64,000 nt of DNA from Andalucia godoyi And28 (taxonomy: Eukaryota; Protista; Jakobida), in contig VRVR01000012.1 in assembly GCA_009859145.1 (NCBI GenBank), positions 248,001 through 312,000 on the forward strand. Reading direction: 5' to 3'. Below are positions 52,037-62,176 of the stretch, one piece after another. Within the stretch, counting starts at the first letter, position 1; every line of letters starts with the position of its first letter. A program made the translations under genes and the position numbers. Below the pieces are notes generated by a model that worked only from the letters and a program-made list of their open reading frames with translations, was not told the DNA's origin and ran no database searches.

Positions 52037-55000
52037 CTATACGAGCTTCTCGACAAAGTTTGCTAGCGCAGCGGGCAGCTTGCGATCGACAGTTTCTTTC
52101 CATTCTTTGAGAGAAGCACCATCCCAAACGTTCTCAGAGTGCAACGTTTCGAATGCAGCCGCAACAAAGAACTCATCGCCAACGCCGTCATAGTAATCCA
52201 AGGCAGCGTTCATAGAAGAAACCTTTCGTTCCTTTGATTCTGCAATTCCGTTCTGGAGAAAGAGCTTCCACTTTGTAACCAGAGACTTCACAGCAGCGGC
52301 ATCTGCTGACGCATGGAGAACAGCGGTAACAATCAGGTTCCCGAGACGAACAGAGTGACGACCCACCAAGGCTTCTAGAGAATCTGCTTGTGCAGTGCCT
52401 GAGCGCAGCTGCGAATAGAAGAACATACCGAGATCAAGCTTCAATGCTTGTCCCTTGAGAGAGCCAGCAAATGCAGACAAAGTGTCGGCATGTCTGTTTG
52501 AAGTGTTGAAAAGTTCCAGCGCTCCGCCATTCTCGATGAAACTCTCCTGAATCTCCAAAAACTGCCCTGCAGTCGCTTTCTCTGATAGCTCATGGTACAG
52601 AGGTTGAAGGAACTTCGCAACACCCTCGTGCCAATCAATCAGTGCATCTTCATCAGATTCCGTGACGACATTCTTCAAAGTTCTGAAAATCTGATCAACA
52701 GATACTGAAATAGGACTCAAGACCAGTGGAGCAAACATGGAGGCCAGAATAGACCACAATTTCGGAATATCACATTCAAGATCCTTTTCAAGAACATCCA
52801 CCACCGTCAGCTGCAAACCATCGCATACGTCGTCAACAGAATAGACACCGGTCTTGAAGCACTCCAGGAAAAGTGCGGTCCATTTCTGTTGGAGGTCCAG
52901 TTTTGCGTCAAATACTCTCAACAAAAAGTCAAGAATAACATATTTTTGGAACGATTCCTTGCGGACCTCGAGAAGAGAATTGATTGCTTCTTCAAGATCT
53001 CCGTTCACGGCATATTCGTCCATTGTACCCATCAGACGCTTTCGACAAACATCGTCAGCAATTTGAGGTTGAGGAACAGCAGCAATTGATGGGATAGGGG
53101 GTTGAGGAACATCTTGGATTCTCGGTTGCCCGACATTCGAAGTATCCCCTCGAGAGCCCCACGCTGCTTTGTTCGGAGCCAATTTAACGTCATCACTTGG
53201 AGGATTGGGGAGTCGGGCAGTGCTACGATCGCTTCCTCGATCGCCACGCCTCAAACCGGCAGAGGGCGACGCCATACTTCCGCCACGACCACCCCTTCCC
53301 ATCATGCCTGTTGTCACAGGATTCGGTCCACCTCTCCTGTAACCTCCGCGACCAGCAGGGCCTTCCGCCAGAATAGTCTTCTCCATCTGTTCGCGCCGGA
53401 CATCCTTCTCAACCTCGCTCTTTGACTTTTGCTTAGCCTTCTTCGACTTCCAACCTCCTTTGACGAGATCAACAACATCTTTGAGCATAAATCGAATTCT
53501 CGATGGATAGATGTCCTTTAAATCAGACAGGGTCTTCATCCTATCGAGAGCATACGCAAAAATACCGGCGTCCTCTAGCTCTAACTTTTGTCCAGCAACG
53601 GTGAGTAATTCGCAGACTTGTTCAATTTCGTGCGGTTCGGGGTTGACCAAGATGGGGGGATTCTTTTCTTGGATCCTCACTCCCAAAAGCATTCTCAGCA
53701 CCAACTGGAAATACTTCTGAATCAAAACGCTTTGGTTGTACAGCTCACCAATAAAGTGAACAGTTCCACTCATCTTCTTTCGGATGATCACATCCTTTTC
53801 GTCTCTTTCCTCTCCTGTCAAACCCTCAAGAACAGAAAAGTCGACCCCCTTCATAAAGTGTTCTCGGCATGCATTGAGGATCATCTCTTTGAAGTGTTTC
53901 TCAAACGGAATAGACTCCAAGCGACTCGCAGCCTCGGGAGAAGTCAAAGCTTCATTTGGAATCGCAGGGAGAAGTTTGGTCCAGTGGTTCTTGCAAAGTT
54001 CTGAGCAGAGTTTCGAGTACATCTCGCAAAAGAATCGTTCCCAAACGGCCTTTTCAAAAATCGTTTCGGTGAATCTGCGGATAATGTCAACCACAGAGGA
54101 CTCAAACTGCAGCACAATGAGCAACATTTCCTGCACCAGTTCCGCGCGAAGCTTGCCGTAATTGTCTTGGGTCATCTTGTTCAGTACGACCTTTGCCTTC
54201 CTATCGGTTGCTTCTTCGGCATCCTTCGCAACAGCATCATGCACCCAGCGATTCTCTGTTCGGTGAGAAAATTCGATGGGAGCGGCTGGAATGGGTAAAG
54301 GTGCAAGGTCGCTCTTTGAGCTTCGCTTATCGCGTCCGGGCTTTGTTTTGCGACTATCACGAACGATTCCTCCCTTGCTAGTCATATTTGTCTTTGACTG
54401 AGATCTCGGAAGTTGCTGAGAATCCTTTTCTCGGATGATGGATGTGTTCATGCCAGACGGAGCAGAAGCTTCGCCACGGAAACGGAATTTGAGCAATTCT
54501 TCTTTTGAATACCTCTTCTTACCAAAGGCATCCTCCTCCTCTTGCTCTTCTGAAAACCCGCTGTCATTTCCATCGTCATCACCATGATCATCATCGTCGT
54601 CGTTTTCACCACCCTCACTGTCGCCATCTTCTTCATTGTTGCTGCTCGCATCCAAATCATTACCGGTGGATGTTACAGAAACAGAAGACACGGACGATTC
54701 CGACCTCTTGATTTCAGCAGAGGCTGCGACAAGAGAAATCTGATCCACAGCCGGAGGTGTTGGTAACGGAGCAATCGGCGGTACGTTATCGGAAGCACTT
54801 GCATCCGAATCTTGGGTTTGAGGTGCTGAGATCTCTGCATTGCTTGCTGGTTCAGCGACCGTCGTCGTTTCTTCGCAAACATTCCCCGCAGCCGATGCTT
54901 CTGGGAGTGAAATAGTAGCAGTATCAGCAGCAGAAGATGAAGTCGAAGAAGACGGAACAACAGAAGGAGCGACAGCCGAACTTTCAGACAGCGTAGACAC

Positions 55001-55639
55001 AGCTTCTGTTCCAGAAGAAACAACGGTTGCGGTTCCCGAATCGGATGGTTTGATTGGATATTCAGAAAATTTGGCACTGAGATAGCTGATTTCTTCTTCT
55101 GTGGGTGCTCGGAAGCCTTTCACGTTCTTATCAAAAACCATACCCGTATCTGGCTTCCATAGAAGATTCTTAAAGGGATCCGCAGCAGGGGCAGGTTTCG
55201 CCGGCGCTGCAGGAGCAGGAGCAGGAGAGACAGTGCCCGCAGTGGCAACAGCGGGTACGGCAGCAGCAGGAGCGACAACGAATTGCTGTTGAGGACCAAC
55301 AAGAGATGTCTGCATTATGTGTGGATGGCCACTTGTCGGAACATAGTTCATTTGTGGAGCCATAGTAGGAATCAAGGACGACTGGCCCCGTGGAGCTGGA
55401 GGGGGATAGAACCCTGGGGCGAAACCCCGGGGAGCTGGTTGCGTGCGGCCGGCCACCCCGGCATATCCACCTGGCATCATCACGTTTGGAGCATTGTGTA
55501 CTGGGACATGAGGAAAAGATCCAGCAGCCGGCGGCTGCGAAGACTGTGCTGGAACAGAATGGGTCCGAGGTGGAATGTTGGGATACGCCTGGCTGGGAGA
55601 GTCGCCAGCTTGGCCAGGTGGAATCTGTTGGCCTGACAT
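52037..55639 (-). CDS. EIF4G: Translation initiation factor eIF4G
   Basis: eIF4E-binding YSKEELL (YxxxxL-phi); MIF4G KVVLNKMT...IFEKAVWERFFCEMYSKLC...GTVHFIGELY...SRIRFMLKDVVDL; MA3 and C-terminal HEAT region. Confidence 0.92.
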   Translation of the reverse strand: MSGQQIPPGQAGDSPSQAYPNIPPRTHSVPAQSSQPPAAGSFPHVPVHNAPNVMMPGGYAGVAGRTQPAPRGFAPGFYPPPAPRGQSSLIPTMAPQMNYVPTSGHPHIMQTSLVGPQQQFVVAPAAAVPAVATAGTVSPAPAPAAPAKPAPAADPFKNLLWKPDTGMVFDKNVKGFRAPTEEEISYLSAKFSEYPIKPSDSGTATVVSSGTEAVSTLSESSAVAPSVVPSSSTSSSAADTATISLPEASAAGNVCEETTTVAEPASNAEISAPQTQDSDASASDNVPPIAPLPTPPAVDQISLVAASAEIKRSESSVSSVSVTSTGNDLDASSNNEEDGDSEGGENDDDDDHGDDDGNDSGFSEEQEEEDAFGKKRYSKEELLKFRFRGEASAPSGMNTSIIREKDSQQLPRSQSKTNMTSKGGIVRDSRKTKPGRDKRSSKSDLAPLPIPAAPIEFSHRTENRWVHDAVAKDAEEATDRKAKVVLNKMTQDNYGKLRAELVQEMLLIVLQFESSVVDIIRRFTETIFEKAVWERFFCEMYSKLCSELCKNHWTKLLPAIPNEALTSPEAASRLESIPFEKHFKEMILNACREHFMKGVDFSVLEGLTGEERDEKDVIIRKKMSGTVHFIGELYNQSVLIQKYFQLVLRMLLGVRIQEKNPPILVNPEPHEIEQVCELLTVAGQKLELEDAGIFAYALDRMKTLSDLKDIYPSRIRFMLKDVVDLVKGGWKSKKAKQKSKSEVEKDVRREQMEKTILAEGPAGRGGYRRGGPNPVTTGMMGRGGRGGSMASPSAGLRRGDRGSDRSTARLPNPPSDDVKLAPNKAAWGSRGDTSNVGQPRIQDVPQPPIPSIAAVPQPQIADDVCRKRLMGTMDEYAVNGDLEEAINSLLEVRKESFQKYVILDFLLRVFDAKLDLQQKWTALFLECFKTGVYSVDDVCDGLQLTVVDVLEKDLECDIPKLWSILASMFAPLVLSPISVSVDQIFRTLKNVVTESDEDALIDWHEGVAKFLQPLYHELSEKATAGQFLEIQESFIENGGALELFNTSNRHADTLSAFAGSLKGQALKLDLGMFFYSQLRSGTAQADSLEALVGRHSVRLGNLIVTAVLHASADAAAVKSLVTKWKLFLQNGIAESKERKVSSMNAALDYYDGVGDEFFVAAAFETLHSENVWDGASLKEWKETVDRKLPAALANFVEKLV

Positions 55640-56306
55640 GGCAACAGAGAAGCGTAGTCTTGAGAAAACAATGCAGAAAAGAGACTTGAGACGCCTCTAC
55701 TGCAAAATAATTCAACAAGAAAACAAAAACGGAAAACAAAAACAGAAAACAAGTACAGAAAACAAATACAACAAAAGAAGAAGAGGAGAGAATGGAAAGA
55801 AGATAAGAAAAATGGGGGAGAATCGGTAGCTTTTTTGTTTCAAACTTCAAAGAGCGACACTGGAACGGAGACCCAGTCTTCGGGCTCTGTGGAACCCACT
55901 CCAGCGAATTTTTTTTTTCATTGTTGTTTTGTTGTTAGCATCAAGGGATGCAAAAAAAAAAAATAATAAAAATAATAATAATAAATAAATAATAATGGCC
56001 AATTGACAACAGTTTCGACTTCCCGCGATGCTTTCTGCGATTTACAGGCCTGCACTTCTGCCTGACTTTTTTGTCTGAGTGTCCGAGTGTCCGAGTGTCG
56101 ACTCTTGCCTTCTCACTCTATTATACGTCTCGCAAAAGCCTGATTACGCATTCCGCATATCGCACCAGATATCTTTATTATCCACTCAACTGTCTTTTTT
56201 GTCGGGACTTTTTCGTCTTTCTCATTCTTTCTCATTCTGCTTCCTCGCTTTCTTCTTTCTTTTGTGTTTCGAAAGACTTTTTGTAGGCTGACGTGTTAGA
56301 GGAGAG

Positions 56307-57224
56307 ATGGTGTCGTCAACGGGATTGTATTCAAACTGGATATCTGGAGACCTTTTCATGGTGATCTTGGCTCACGGATCGTGCTCCATTGCTCTGCTGC
56401 TTCTCAACAAGCATTTGTCAGAAGCAAGCTCGCAATGCGTGTCGCTGATAATTCTCATGCAGAATCTTATCGCAGCCTTCCTCCAGCCGTCCTTCCTTTT
56501 GCAAATCAGAAAGTCATTTTCGCTTGCTTCGACGTTCAAGATTCTTGTTTCGGCTGTCGGCATCGTTTGCTGTTTGTATATGAACATGCTTTCGCTTGCC
56601 GAGTCGTCAATCCCACTCGTTACTCTGTTCAGATTTGCGACACCATCGATTTCGCTGTTTTTTGAGTCGGTCATCTCACAGAAATTCCCAAACCGTGGCA
56701 AGATTTTCTACACGATCATTATCTTCACCGGAGGCATGATTGTAGTCGCCTCGGAAATCCACGATTTCTTTGGCGTTGGTACCTTGTACTGTCTGCTGAA
56801 CACAGTTGCGAACAGTCTACTGGGAATCTGGGAAAATCGTATGATGAAATCCGAGCGCCACTCTGGATCGGCCGAACTGATCGGCTACTTCCGCAATTTG
56901 CTTTCCATGCCGTTCCTGCTGCTTCTAGCCATTCAGTGTTCCGACGTCAGAATCTACATGACCTTCGCGTCTCTCACTCCAGTTTCTTGGTTCATTCTTT
57001 TGTTGACAGGCATTCTTGCTTTCTCGTACACCGGAATCACGTTCCGGGTCCATGAAAAAACAACACCGACGTTCCTTACCGCTGCCAATTGTTTGTACAA
57101 GGTACTCTCCGCGCTAATCGGCGCGTTGCTTTGGAACGGTTTTTCATCCTGGAGTTCTTGGATTGGGTTCATGATTTCCGCTTTCGGAGCCTTCAAGTTT
57201 CTCGCAGTGGACACCGCAAAGTGA
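56307..57224 (+). CDS. Nucleotide-sugar transporter (TPT/GDP-sugar family)
   Basis: About 9-10 TM helices; LLLLNKHL, IPLVTLFRFATP, TTPTFLTAANCLYKVLSAL. Confidence 0.75.
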   Translation: MVSSTGLYSNWISGDLFMVILAHGSCSIALLLLNKHLSEASSQCVSLIILMQNLIAAFLQPSFLLQIRKSFSLASTFKILVSAVGIVCCLYMNMLSLAESSIPLVTLFRFATPSISLFFESVISQKFPNRGKIFYTIIIFTGGMIVVASEIHDFFGVGTLYCLLNTVANSLLGIWENRMMKSERHSGSAELIGYFRNLLSMPFLLLLAIQCSDVRIYMTFASLTPVSWFILLLTGILAFSYTGITFRVHEKTTPTFLTAANCLYKVLSALIGALLWNGFSSWSSWIGFMISAFGAFKFLAVDTAK

Positions 57225-57265
57225 TGTCTCTGACCACTGTTTTATTATTGATTTTAATTTGATCC

Positions 57266-58738
57266 TTACAATAGGGTGCGTCTTCTCAACAGCTCAGGAA
57301 CCCGGCCTTCCTCTAAAAGTCCGCGAGCGTGGAGGAATAGTAAGTGATCGCACTTTCGGACTTCGTCCTTCAGAATTTCGGAGAGCTCCCCTACATCTTG
57401 CCCTCTACTTTGCATCCACATGAGTTTGGTGTGCAGACAAGGAATAATGCTTAGATTATCTTTAGAGCACATTATTCGGAACCAAAGGTCGTCAACGAAC
57501 GCATTCGAGTCCTCGAACTCTCCTTCTTCAGCCAGCATTTCTGCGCATGTAATTGTATCAACCATTTGCATTCTGATCCGATCGTTCTGGAGGATTTTTC
57601 TTGATTTCCGCAGAGCAGACCCAGCAGCCCTCGCATTTTTGAGGATTTGCGCTTCCAGGCAGCGGGCTTCCTTTCCGTAAACAGTGTCTTCCGAATAAAA
57701 ACGAATTACTGATGAAATGGTTGCCAAAGCTTGCTCAGTGAACCCTTGATACATATCTATCCTGCTCTTCTCTAAATGCCACCGCATGTCCGAAGAATCG
57801 AGCGATTCGAGCATCATGGTGGATCTTCTTAAGTACCCTCTCAATGACAAATCTTTGCAATCCTCGAGATCCGCATCCGTACGTGTTGATATGACACCGA
57901 GCAGCCTGCACGCGTCTTTCAACAGTTCCGGGTTGTTATTTTCGTGACCCAAGGAAACGCACTGGCGGAGCACCAGAGTTGCTTCATTCAGATATCCAAA
58001 GTCGATCAGCAACAGCGCAATTGAGTATTCAGCATCTCCGCTTTCGGTTGCTGGACAGTTGTCGAATGCGCGATGCAGCAGCTTGAACGCATTCAACACA
58101 TCCTTCTCTTTGGAACACAGTATGCTCCGAATGAAATCCCTTCTGTGATCCTGATCATCTTGTGGACGATCCAGAATGGGTTTCAGATGGGGAATGTGTT
58201 CCGACACTGATTCAGAAGTGAGACTTTTGTACAAAACGGAAAGCCACGGAAGCGTCCGCCACGAAGACGGTTTTCCCAGCGCAGGGACGGTCAACCCATC
58301 CGCAACGAAGCTCGCATACTCTGCATATACGGTGGAAACCGTTCCAAACATTGCAAGCTCCGAGAAACAGAATAGTCGTCGGCAGTGGCGTCCAAACACA
58401 GACTCCTTCTGAATTGTCTGCAACAGACTTTCGCAAACAACAAACAAATCGAGAAACACGTCAATGTTGTGTGCATAATGTTTGGAATGATCAACAAAGA
58501 CAGTTCTAAACTCATCATCATCGGGAAGCTGATTCAACAACCCTCGAAAAGAATAATTCTCCAGAGGCATGTCAGCGACAAAGAACAATCGTAGCAATTT
58601 CCTTGTCCACAACGCCGGTCTTGCTGCTTTGGGAGCAATGTCGGGGGCCATTCCAAGTTCCACACGGCTCCAAACTGCGATTGCTATTCCCAAGCAAACA
58701 TCAACAGGGTCAATCTCCAGCGATTCTGTATTTGACAT
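57266..58738 (-). CDS. APC5: Anaphase-promoting complex subunit 5-like
   Basis: ESVFGRHCRRLF and LLHRAFD...YSIALLLIDFGYLNEATLVLRQCVSLGHENNNPELL resemble Apc5 motifs; TPR-like C-terminus. Confidence 0.65.
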   Translation of the reverse strand: MSNTESLEIDPVDVCLGIAIAVWSRVELGMAPDIAPKAARPALWTRKLLRLFFVADMPLENYSFRGLLNQLPDDDEFRTVFVDHSKHYAHNIDVFLDLFVVCESLLQTIQKESVFGRHCRRLFCFSELAMFGTVSTVYAEYASFVADGLTVPALGKPSSWRTLPWLSVLYKSLTSESVSEHIPHLKPILDRPQDDQDHRRDFIRSILCSKEKDVLNAFKLLHRAFDNCPATESGDAEYSIALLLIDFGYLNEATLVLRQCVSLGHENNNPELLKDACRLLGVISTRTDADLEDCKDLSLRGYLRRSTMMLESLDSSDMRWHLEKSRIDMYQGFTEQALATISSVIRFYSEDTVYGKEARCLEAQILKNARAAGSALRKSRKILQNDRIRMQMVDTITCAEMLAEEGEFEDSNAFVDDLWFRIMCSKDNLSIIPCLHTKLMWMQSRGQDVGELSEILKDEVRKCDHLLFLHARGLLEEGRVPELLRRRTLL

Positions 58739-59133
58739 TGGCGCATGGGAACGCAACAGTGGTAGAAGGTCGAAAAACTCTAACAATATGAGAGAAAGAA
58801 ACAGTGAAGCAAATCAGGGAGCAATTGTTCTTCGGGGGCGTCCATCGCGCGGCGGGAATGAATTGGATTTCTATTTCGAGGTACAGCCGCGAAGTTTGCT
58901 GGGTCAATCGAGAATTCAAACTGTGCGCAGACTGGGCTGGGGCCGCGCAGGGCAGAGACTGGAGGGAAGCCGTGCAACAGCTGCTGCTTGTTCTTTTTTT
59001 GCATGTGCCAACAACATGATCAGATGACATAACACCGATGTAAATCCAATTCATTTTACAGGTACACGAGCGCAATCCCGATGCTGTGTAAAAAAGAACT
59101 CGCGTCGTAATGTACATCAATAAACTTTCTTTT

Positions 59134-59988
59134 CTAATCGAATTCTTCACCAGTGCTCCATCTGGAAATCCTACTCACTTTGAATATGCGGGAAGCGGGC
59201 CTTGGTTCAGAAACAGACTGTGCAAACACACTAGGAGTAGGGGACGGCAAATCCGATGCGGCTGCGACGGTCGCAGTGGTTGTCCCCCTTTCACCGCTGG
59301 ATTGAGGAAAAGGGGAGGACGGTTCAGATATTGATTTGGGAGGGGAACTGACCCCCTCTTGAGGAGGGCGATCCAAAGGAGGACTCGGAGTTGGAGACGG
59401 GGTTGGCTCAACTTGAGGAGACGACGATCCCAGCCCCAAAAAGCCAAGGAACGAGCTGGAGGATGCCGCTTTTGGTTCGGGCCCTTCAACGCTTGGTGAC
59501 GAAAATATTCTTTGATACCAAGCAGCCTTTGATCCTGGCATGATGCTTGCTCTTTCATGTTCCTTTCCAAGCTGCTCTGCTCTCATTGGATGCAATCTTA
59601 TTACTTGTTCTTCCAGCGTCCGTACTCTTTCAATGAGCTGGAAAAGCCTATCTTCTATCTCCTGCTGCCTTCTCGACTCCTTTTGCTGGCTCTTTATGTA
59701 CTCGTATGTCACAATGCTTCCGGCTACCCCAAATATGAACACTTCTCCTATAAATTCCGCGCCATTGCTAATGGCCTTGGCCTCATCCAACGGACGCACA
59801 GTCTCTGGGCCAAAGCCATACGTAAACCGCATAATACGGCGCTCAATTCGATGGTTTGTTTGCGCTATTCCGATGCAAAGCTTACGGAACCATTCGCGAT
59901 TCGCCGCCTCGGTTTTGATCCTTGTCGCAACAGGCTTTGTCACCTGGCGAAGAAGCAGCAAAAACAGCTTTCCAACAGGGATCGCCAT
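59134..59988 (-). CDS. OPA3: OPA3-like mitochondrial protein
   Basis: KLFLLLLRQVTKPVATRIK...RPLDEAKAISNGAEFIGEVFIFGVAGSIVTYEY. Confidence 0.9.
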   Translation of the reverse strand: MAIPVGKLFLLLLRQVTKPVATRIKTEAANREWFRKLCIGIAQTNHRIERRIMRFTYGFGPETVRPLDEAKAISNGAEFIGEVFIFGVAGSIVTYEYIKSQQKESRRQQEIEDRLFQLIERVRTLEEQVIRLHPMRAEQLGKEHERASIMPGSKAAWYQRIFSSPSVEGPEPKAASSSSFLGFLGLGSSSPQVEPTPSPTPSPPLDRPPQEGVSSPPKSISEPSSPFPQSSGERGTTTATVAAASDLPSPTPSVFAQSVSEPRPASRIFKVSRISRWSTGEEFD

Positions 59989-60030
<42 letters not shown>

Positions 60031-60049
60031 CACACACAGACACACACAA
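59989..60049 (+). repeat. (AT)n(AC)n microsatellite immediately upstream of the OPA3 ATG
   Basis: tatatatatatatatatatatatacacacacacacagacacacacagacacaca. Confidence 0.9.
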
Positions 60050-60316
60050 AATTAAGAAATTGTCTTCCGGGAAAGACAAACAAGCATTATAAAACAAGCA
60101 CAATTTGGTCGCTTGCTTCACAGGATAAAGCATCGGAACAGGCAAAAACAAAACCAAAAACGACAGCCCAAAAAACCGAAAACTGTCCACTTCATTTTCA
60201 TTTTCACGTGCATGTGCTAACGTACAAGCGCTTCAGGGACTGCACAAAAAATGAAAAAAGCTTCCCGTTTCCTAATTGCTGCTTCTCCTTTCATCATCAT
60301 CGTCGTCATCTCCATT

Positions 60317-60443
60317 CCTTTTTCCTTTTTCCTTTTTCCTTTTTCCTTTTTCCTTTTTCCTTTTCCTTTTTCCTTTTCCTTTTTCCTTTTCCTTTTTCCC
60401 TTTTCCCTTTTCCCTTTTTCCCTTTTTCCCTTTTTCCCTTTTT
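60317..60443 (+). repeat. Polypyrimidine minisatellite (TTTTTCC / TTTTCC / TTTTCCC units)
   Basis: About 125 nt made only of T and C, with drifting unit length. Confidence 0.9.
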
Positions 60444-60983
60444 ACGTAGTTAAAAATCTTAATCTTAACCGTTTTGATTCAGCTACGGAATCTCTTTTTT
60501 GGAAAGAGCTACGTGCTTGTGAACAAGTTTTTTCTCTTCTTCTTTTCTTTTTTTGAGACAGTTCTCTCCCTCCCTCCCTCTCTCCCTCTCTCTTTCGTCT
60601 CACACTCTCTGCTTCTGGTTTCGCTGCTTTGTGGTGTCTTTCTTCTTCTTCCTGTCCAACTCGCGATGGTAATTGTGTCATTTGATCCCATCGCTGCTTT
60701 CTTCTCAATGCTCTTCTCTCGCCTGGACTAGTTACTTCCCTATCTCTAATTTTTTTCTTCAACGGTCTGATCGATTCTGACCGATTTGCGAAACTCCATT
60801 AGCGTTCTTCACAACATTCATTTGGTTTTTTTGTTGTTGCAGTTGTTGCCGTGCTCTCTCTTGCTGTATTCCCTCGATTCTCGCTTCTTCTTGTTGTCCT
60901 TTCTCTTTTCCCTGTATTATTCTGCTCTCTGTCGAAGCCGTCGTTTTAATAATAATAATAATAATAGTTTGCTGTAGATTAAG

Positions 60984-61871
60984 ATGACGGATGCTGAAGT
61001 TGTTGCGTTCTTAGACGATGTCCCGATCGAAGTGAAAGACTTCATCGCTGGAACAGTTGCTGGTTCTGCCCAGGTCATATCAGGCCATCCATTCGACACG
61101 ATCAAAGTTCGCATGCAAACATCTGCTGCCGGTTCTACATCAGCTATGCGCATTGTGAGGGATGTGATTGGAAAGGAAGGCGTGCGGAGTTTCTTCCGAG
61201 GCATGGGGCCTCCGTTGGCAGGTGTTGGCGCTGTAAACGCGGTGCTGTTTGTCGCGTACGGTAAAGCCCGTGATTGGATGGAGCCGGACCGAGATGTCGA
61301 CCTTTCGATCTCGGAGACCATGGTTGCAGGAGCGTTTGCAGGGTTTGTAAACTGCTCTGTGATCTGTCCAATCGAGCTCGTGAAATCTCGATTGCAGGTT
61401 GCCGGGACAAAATTTGCTGGTCCATTGCAGTGCGGAAAGCTCATTCTCCGAAATGAAGGAGTAAAAGGGCTTTTTCGTGGGATGTCAGCGACTATTTACC
61501 GCGAAGTCCCTGCGTATGCCGGCTATTTCGGTGCATATGAAGTTGCCAAGAGAACGTTGATTGGTGACAAGGAATCAAATTCGCCTCTGGAATTGTTTAT
61601 TTCTGGCGGATTCGGCGGTGTCGGCTGCTGGCTCTTTTCCTATCCGCAAGATGTTATCAAAACGGTTCTGCAGGTGTCTGACAAGCCGTATAAGAAGACC
61701 TTTTTTGACGGCGGTTTCTGGAGCTGCGCGCGTGAGATCGCTGTTCAAGAGGGCTGGAAGGGATTTTTCAAGGGATTCTCCCCAACCATGATCCGCGCTT
61801 TCTGGGCCAATGCGGCAACATTCTTTGCGTATGAAATGACGATGAAAGCTCTCACTGGAACATATTTCTAG
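60984..61871 (+). CDS. Mitochondrial carrier, carnitine/acylcarnitine or basic amino-acid clade (SLC25A20/29/45-like)
   Basis: Three PxD/ExxK/R motifs (HPFDTIKVRMQ, CPIELVKSRLQ, YPQDVIKTVLQ); FRGMGPPLAGV; REVPAYAGYF; RAFWANAATF. Confidence 0.88.
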   Translation: MTDAEVVAFLDDVPIEVKDFIAGTVAGSAQVISGHPFDTIKVRMQTSAAGSTSAMRIVRDVIGKEGVRSFFRGMGPPLAGVGAVNAVLFVAYGKARDWMEPDRDVDLSISETMVAGAFAGFVNCSVICPIELVKSRLQVAGTKFAGPLQCGKLILRNEGVKGLFRGMSATIYREVPAYAGYFGAYEVAKRTLIGDKESNSPLELFISGGFGGVGCWLFSYPQDVIKTVLQVSDKPYKKTFFDGGFWSCAREIAVQEGWKGFFKGFSPTMIRAFWANAATFFAYEMTMKALTGTYF

Positions 61872-62176
61872 AACATATTTACCGTATTGCGATTTTCTTC
61901 ATTTTCTTCTTCTTTTCTTTTTTTTGTTTGTGTGTACTTTTCTGTTTACCAAGTTGCGTCTCTTTAAAACTAAGGAAGAAGAAAAAAAAAACTGCACTGT
62001 CCAGTCTTTCGCGAATCTGTTATCTGCTGTAACAAATGCAGCCCGCCAATCGAAGCAAAAGACAATATTTTTCCCGGCAAAAATTCGATGGGAGTTCGGT
62101 TATGCATTGTTATTCTTGTCATGTTGGAGATGGAAGAAAAAGAAAAAAAGAAGGATCGCATGTCTTGAATGAAAGC

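Noticed and set aside
59557-60453. 298-aa plus-strand ORF
   Set aside because: Antisense to OPA3 and runs through microsatellites.
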